IMG/VR virus record: IMGVR_UViG_3300025132_007241
Span: 1 to 61,389 of that record
DNA from: a virus
Taxonomy: Duplodnaviria > Caudoviricetes
Reading direction: 5' to 3' (one strand)
Length of the DNA: 61,389 nucleotides
Shown: positions 57,637-61,389 of the stretch, one piece after another
Layout of the letters: each line of letters opens with the position of its first letter
Numbering within the stretch: the stretch's first letter is position 1
Translations under genes and position numbers: made by a program
The notes under the pieces: model-generated
The model's database searches: none
What the model was told of the DNA's origin: nothing
What the model saw: the letters and a program-made list of their open reading frames with translations, nothing else

Positions 57637-58764
57637 ATGGCCACTTCATTCAAAACTTTTGACCCCACAAAAGACTCGGTTGTAACCAGGAACCTCCTTC
57701 ACGAGGCTATCCCGATCACAGGCACGATTGTATCAGGAACGTACGCAGACAACAACATCAAGAACTATGCCCATGGCATGTTCCAGTCGGTATATGACTA
57801 TCCGTTCCTCAGCTCCTCCGCCAACCATATCTTTGATATCACACTCGGATTCCCAGCGGCATCGTCGCTTTCGCGGTCCTATGGTACCACGACGCAGCAG
57901 TCAAAGAAAATTAACCTCTACAACCAGATGGCTCAGGTCCTTGCGGGATATGACGCCAATGGTGCTATTCGACGCTTTGATGAGGATGGGGACCTCACAG
58001 GCGGCACGAAGATTGATGAGGCTTACTTCATTAACTTCACGCGACTTCTTTCCAAGGACGAGGTCAAGAAAGGCAGCTTCTCGCTTAAACTCAACGTTGG
58101 CGCCCCGGGATTCTCGGGATACACCAGTCTTTCTAAAGATACGCTCACAATCACTGACAAGAGTGGATCCAACGGCTACAAGGTTAACTCTCCAGCAGGC
58201 GAGTATGGCGTACTCTTCGCCACAGGTTCTGGTAAAGTCTGGAATCAGTCGGCTGGTGGTTACAACGCCAAGTGGGATCGGGGCTATGCTAAGGTCGGTT
58301 TGATTTATTATCAGGCTGGCATTGTTGTATTGAGTTCCTCTGTTTTTGGAAGCCTACTATCCTCTTCGGTTAGTATGAGTCGTACGGAAGGTGTTCGCGG
58401 TCCAGCGATCATGCTCAGTGCGAGCGTCGACGGTAACTTTATTAGTTCGTCAATTTCTGGAAACTGCGATAATCTTCGCCACCGCGTGCAGAATATCTCC
58501 TTCAACAACTCTACAGAATTGAACTCCACAGTTTACTTCTGCCGAGCCAACAACACGGACTTTAACTACTCCAGTAACCCAACCTACTTGAGTTCTAGCA
58601 AGATTGTTGTTAAGAATAACTCTCAGGATGTACCAGTATCGTATGTGACTTCGGTTGGTCTGTACTCTGGAGATAATGAGTTGCTGGCTGTTGCTAAACT
58701 CTCTGAGCCTCTGAAGAAGGACCCAACAACGGAGTTCACTATTAGAGTCCGTCTAGACTACTAA
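57637..58764 (+). CDS. Putative baseplate/tail-collar protein (paralogue of 58786..60096)
   Basis: C-terminal YSSNPTY..YVTSVGLY..NELLAVAKLSEPLKK..RVRLDY. Confidence 0.65.
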   Translation: MATSFKTFDPTKDSVVTRNLLHEAIPITGTIVSGTYADNNIKNYAHGMFQSVYDYPFLSSSANHIFDITLGFPAASSLSRSYGTTTQQSKKINLYNQMAQVLAGYDANGAIRRFDEDGDLTGGTKIDEAYFINFTRLLSKDEVKKGSFSLKLNVGAPGFSGYTSLSKDTLTITDKSGSNGYKVNSPAGEYGVLFATGSGKVWNQSAGGYNAKWDRGYAKVGLIYYQAGIVVLSSSVFGSLLSSSVSMSRTEGVRGPAIMLSASVDGNFISSSISGNCDNLRHRVQNISFNNSTELNSTVYFCRANNTDFNYSSNPTYLSSSKIVVKNNSQDVPVSYVTSVGLYSGDNELLAVAKLSEPLKKDPTTEFTIRVRLDY

Positions 58765-58785
58765 TGAAGATGATGTGGTCATGGC

Positions 58786-60096
58786 ATGCCGTACTATAAG
58801 TTTAAGAAAAATGAGATCTATAGAAACAATCTAAAGACTTACCCTAGTATTAAATTTGTAACTTATAGTGGCTCGTCATTTTACAACGACACTCCTAATA
58901 TTTCTGGCGCCTTCGCTAGCCCAATTCGACTAACTGATTCAAGCCATATCTCGCTCTATGAGATGAATGTGGACAGGATCAGTTCATCCACGGGGCGCTT
59001 CATCGGCTCTGCACCGGCAGGTCCCACTGCCGTTCCAGACAACGGATTAATTTACTCCTATGTTGTGAAGAACGGGTCACGCATGGGCTTCCGCACTCTG
59101 GCGTCGACCGCCTCATGGAATTCTTCTGAGTACGGGCAGGTAATGTTTGGGAATTTCCCCTACACTGCCAGCATTTCGAAAGAATTTTATCACGCGGAAA
59201 CCCCCAGATCCGGGACGACCGCCGCAGCTCCGGGTGATGGTTATAAGTCAGGGTCTGTCTCGCACTTGCTGGCACTGAAGAACACAATTAACTATTACGA
59301 GTACGTCAACCCCGACTTCCAGTACTCCTCGTCAGTTAGAGATTTTAACTCTATTGATGTGGGGCTCATCAATGTGCCCACCATTTTCTATGGGTCGTCG
59401 ATTAAAAAGGGCACTATTGATCTTAAGTATTATATCACCGGTACACTTTTGGCCCGTGCTCAAGACAAATATAAAAATGGTCTCTTGTATTCAACATATG
59501 GAGTTATGTCGGGAAGCGTTATCGGACTAGCTTTGTACAACGAGGGCTTCCTGATCCTTACCAGCTCTGCTAATCTTACAGTGGCTAGTGCCCCGCATAA
59601 AGACTATTACACTAGTTCCGCTGGACGAACGAGTCCTCGCTGGACCTTCTTTGGGCAGTCTACTCGCTCTGTTCTGACATCTTCTGCTGATGGACTTAGT
59701 CCAGTCGTCAGCACAGCTTATCGCCCCGCCCCTGCTAGTGCATCTTTTATAATGGATATGAGCGGTACCACCACTACCCAGACGATTACGATGTTTGCTA
59801 ACGCCAAAAAGGGAGCACTTAACCAATCGAATAATCCAACATTCCTTCAATACTCTACCAACAATTACGCAGGTAGCGGGAGCAAGTCCTACATTGAGAA
59901 TGATAAGCTGCAAATTAAGAATGTTGTCAGTTCAGCGTACGCTGACCCAACTGGATCCTTTGAAAAAACAACCTACATCTCCAAGGTGGGTATCTACGAC
60001 GAGAACCAGAACCTGATTGCAATCGCTAAATTAGCTACCCCCGTGAGAAAAACAGTTGAGAGAGATTTTACTTTTAAGATCAAGCTCGATCTCTGA
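58786..60096 (+). CDS. Putative baseplate/tail-collar protein
   Basis: C-terminal SNNPTF..YISKVGIYDENQNLIAIAKLATPVRK..KIKLDL. Confidence 0.65.
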   Translation: MPYYKFKKNEIYRNNLKTYPSIKFVTYSGSSFYNDTPNISGAFASPIRLTDSSHISLYEMNVDRISSSTGRFIGSAPAGPTAVPDNGLIYSYVVKNGSRMGFRTLASTASWNSSEYGQVMFGNFPYTASISKEFYHAETPRSGTTAAAPGDGYKSGSVSHLLALKNTINYYEYVNPDFQYSSSVRDFNSIDVGLINVPTIFYGSSIKKGTIDLKYYITGTLLARAQDKYKNGLLYSTYGVMSGSVIGLALYNEGFLILTSSANLTVASAPHKDYYTSSAGRTSPRWTFFGQSTRSVLTSSADGLSPVVSTAYRPAPASASFIMDMSGTTTTQTITMFANAKKGALNQSNNPTFLQYSTNNYAGSGSKSYIENDKLQIKNVVSSAYADPTGSFEKTTYISKVGIYDENQNLIAIAKLATPVRKTVERDFTFKIKLDL

Positions 60097-60108
60097 TAAC
60101 ATGCCTTT

Positions 60109-60630
60109 ATGATTTTAGGGTTAGATATTTCGACCAGTATTACTGGCTACACAATTTTAGATTTTCAAGGCAACATCTTAGTCTGCAATCACATTGACTT
60201 AAGAAAAGAAAAAGATTTCTTTAAGAAAGTAGAAATTGTCAACGCCGAACTTCAGAAGATTGATTCCAACTACGAGATACAAAAAGTTTATATAGAGCAA
60301 TCTCTTCAGTCTTTTCGGTCTGGGTTCTCATCGGCACAGACATTGTCTCTTTTGTCAAAAATTAATGGCATTATTTCATGGCTGTGCTACAATACGTTTG
60401 GTGGCACCCCGGAATATATTGCTGCCACATCTGCTAGGAAGACTTGTGGTATCAAGGTTCCCAAGGGACACAAGGCAAAAGACGTCGCTCTTCAATTTGT
60501 TCTTGACAACGTACCCTCCTTTGATATAGAATATACAAGATACGGCAATCCAAAGGCTGGTTATGCTGACCGGTCGGATAGCTATGTGATTGCAAAGGCA
60601 GGGTGGATCCGTGAAAGCAAAGAAGCTTAA
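60109..60630 (+). CDS. ruvC: RuvC-like Holliday junction resolvase
   Basis: ILGLDISTSITGY, YIEQ, DRSDSY catalytic acidic residues. Confidence 0.8.
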   Translation: MILGLDISTSITGYTILDFQGNILVCNHIDLRKEKDFFKKVEIVNAELQKIDSNYEIQKVYIEQSLQSFRSGFSSAQTLSLLSKINGIISWLCYNTFGGTPEYIAATSARKTCGIKVPKGHKAKDVALQFVLDNVPSFDIEYTRYGNPKAGYADRSDSYVIAKAGWIRESKEA

Positions 60631-61389
60631 GATTTTAACTAATGTTCTCGGAGCATCTTACCGTTCAAACGATGAGCATCTTTTTACTTGCCCTTACTGC
60701 AAGCATCATAAGCGCAAATTTTCTGTTAATGTGGCTAAGGGCTACTACAAATGCTGGATATGCGACACGCGTGGTAAAAATATCTATCGTGTTATTCGCC
60801 GCTTCGGCAGTAGTCATGATAAGGCACAGTGGCGCGAAATTACAGAAACTGTTGATTACGACAAGCTCGAAGATCTATTTACCGAGAAAGTAGAAGAAAA
60901 ACAAATACTTGAGATGCCCGAAGGTTTTGTATCTTTGGCAAACAAAGATATACCGCCGACCGGCTTCGCTGCTAGAAACTACCTCCGAAAACGGGGTGTC
61001 ACGAAACAAGACCTTGTTTGGTGGAAGATGGGGTATTGCGCAAGTGGCGAGTACGAAGGACGCATCGTCATTCCATCGTTTGACGAAGAGGGCGATCTAA
61101 ACTATTTCATCTCTCGGTCCTACGACAAGAGAGCCTACCCCAAGTACAAGAACCCTCCAGCGAGTAAGAATATTGTATTCAATGATTTGTTTGTGGACTG
61201 GAGTTCTGATATTATTCTGGTGGAGGGTGTGTTTGATGCCATCACGGCAGGTCGAAACGCGGTACCTATCTTGGGGTCTACACTCAATCAGAACTCTGTT
61301 TTGCTCCGTAGGATTGTCAAAGAGGATGCAGGAGTTTATGTGGCTCTAGATCCGGACGCAAAGATGAAAGAGCTTGAGATTATCAAGAC
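60611..61389 (+). CDS. DNA primase, DnaG/TOPRIM type (truncated by window end; absent from the ORF track)
   Basis: Manual translation from GTG 60611: CPYC..CWIC zinc finger, YLRKRG, GRIVIP, KYKNP, VEGVFDA, ALDPDA; open to the window edge. Confidence 0.9.
   Translation, partial: MKAKKLKILTNVLGASYRSNDEHLFTCPYCKHHKRKFSVNVAKGYYKCWICDTRGKNIYRVIRRFGSSHDKAQWREITETVDYDKLEDLFTEKVEEKQILEMPEGFVSLANKDIPPTGFAARNYLRKRGVTKQDLVWWKMGYCASGEYEGRIVIPSFDEEGDLNYFISRSYDKRAYPKYKNPPASKNIVFNDLFVDWSSDIILVEGVFDAITAGRNAVPILGSTLNQNSVLLRRIVKEDAGVYVALDPDAKMKELEIIK

Noticed and set aside
57728-58303. 191-aa alternative-frame plus-strand ORF nested in 57637..58764
   Set aside because: Arg/Ser/Thr-rich composition expected from the +1 frame of a gene with C/T-ending codons; no evidence for overprinting
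60642-61100. ORFs 60642..60893 and 60909..61100
   Set aside because: Out-of-frame shadows of the primase gene

Overview
The window is a 61 kb stretch of a large, probably jumbo, contractile-tailed (T4-like/myovirus) phage genome. Essentially all real genes are on the + strand, tightly packed with overlapping stop/start codons, in the standard code. In order: (1) six CCA-encoding tRNAs (Thr, Ala, Val, Pro, Gly, Asn) interleaved with a DUF2452-like gene and an arginine dihydrolase/amidinotransferase-family gene; (2) a cytidylyltransferase, PIN-PhoH, a HExxH protein and a Cas4-like nuclease; (3) a ~21 kb, 26-gene nucleotide-sugar/glycosyltransferase locus (5119-25912) with an apparently complete NDP-heptose pathway, RmlA/RmlB, two DegT aminotransferases, a CMP-sugar synthetase plus Maf-like transferase, a B12 radical-SAM enzyme with its own ferredoxin, and about 7-8 glycosyltransferase-like genes; (4) a gp55-like late sigma factor; (5) a baseplate/tail module (lysozyme-bearing hub, spike, gp25, gp6, a 3194-aa LamG protein, tail-collar-like paralogues); (6) RuvC and a truncated DNA primase. 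The strongest candidate for a new system is phage-encoded O-glycosylation of the virion. The glycan locus sits just before structural genes, four of which are strongly and selectively enriched in a [S/T]-[G/A/S]-S tripeptide (candidate sequon), and three of which carry mucin-like Thr/Pro/Gln-rich C-terminal tails. All family assignments come from motif recognition by eye, not database searches. The host cannot be identified from this window.
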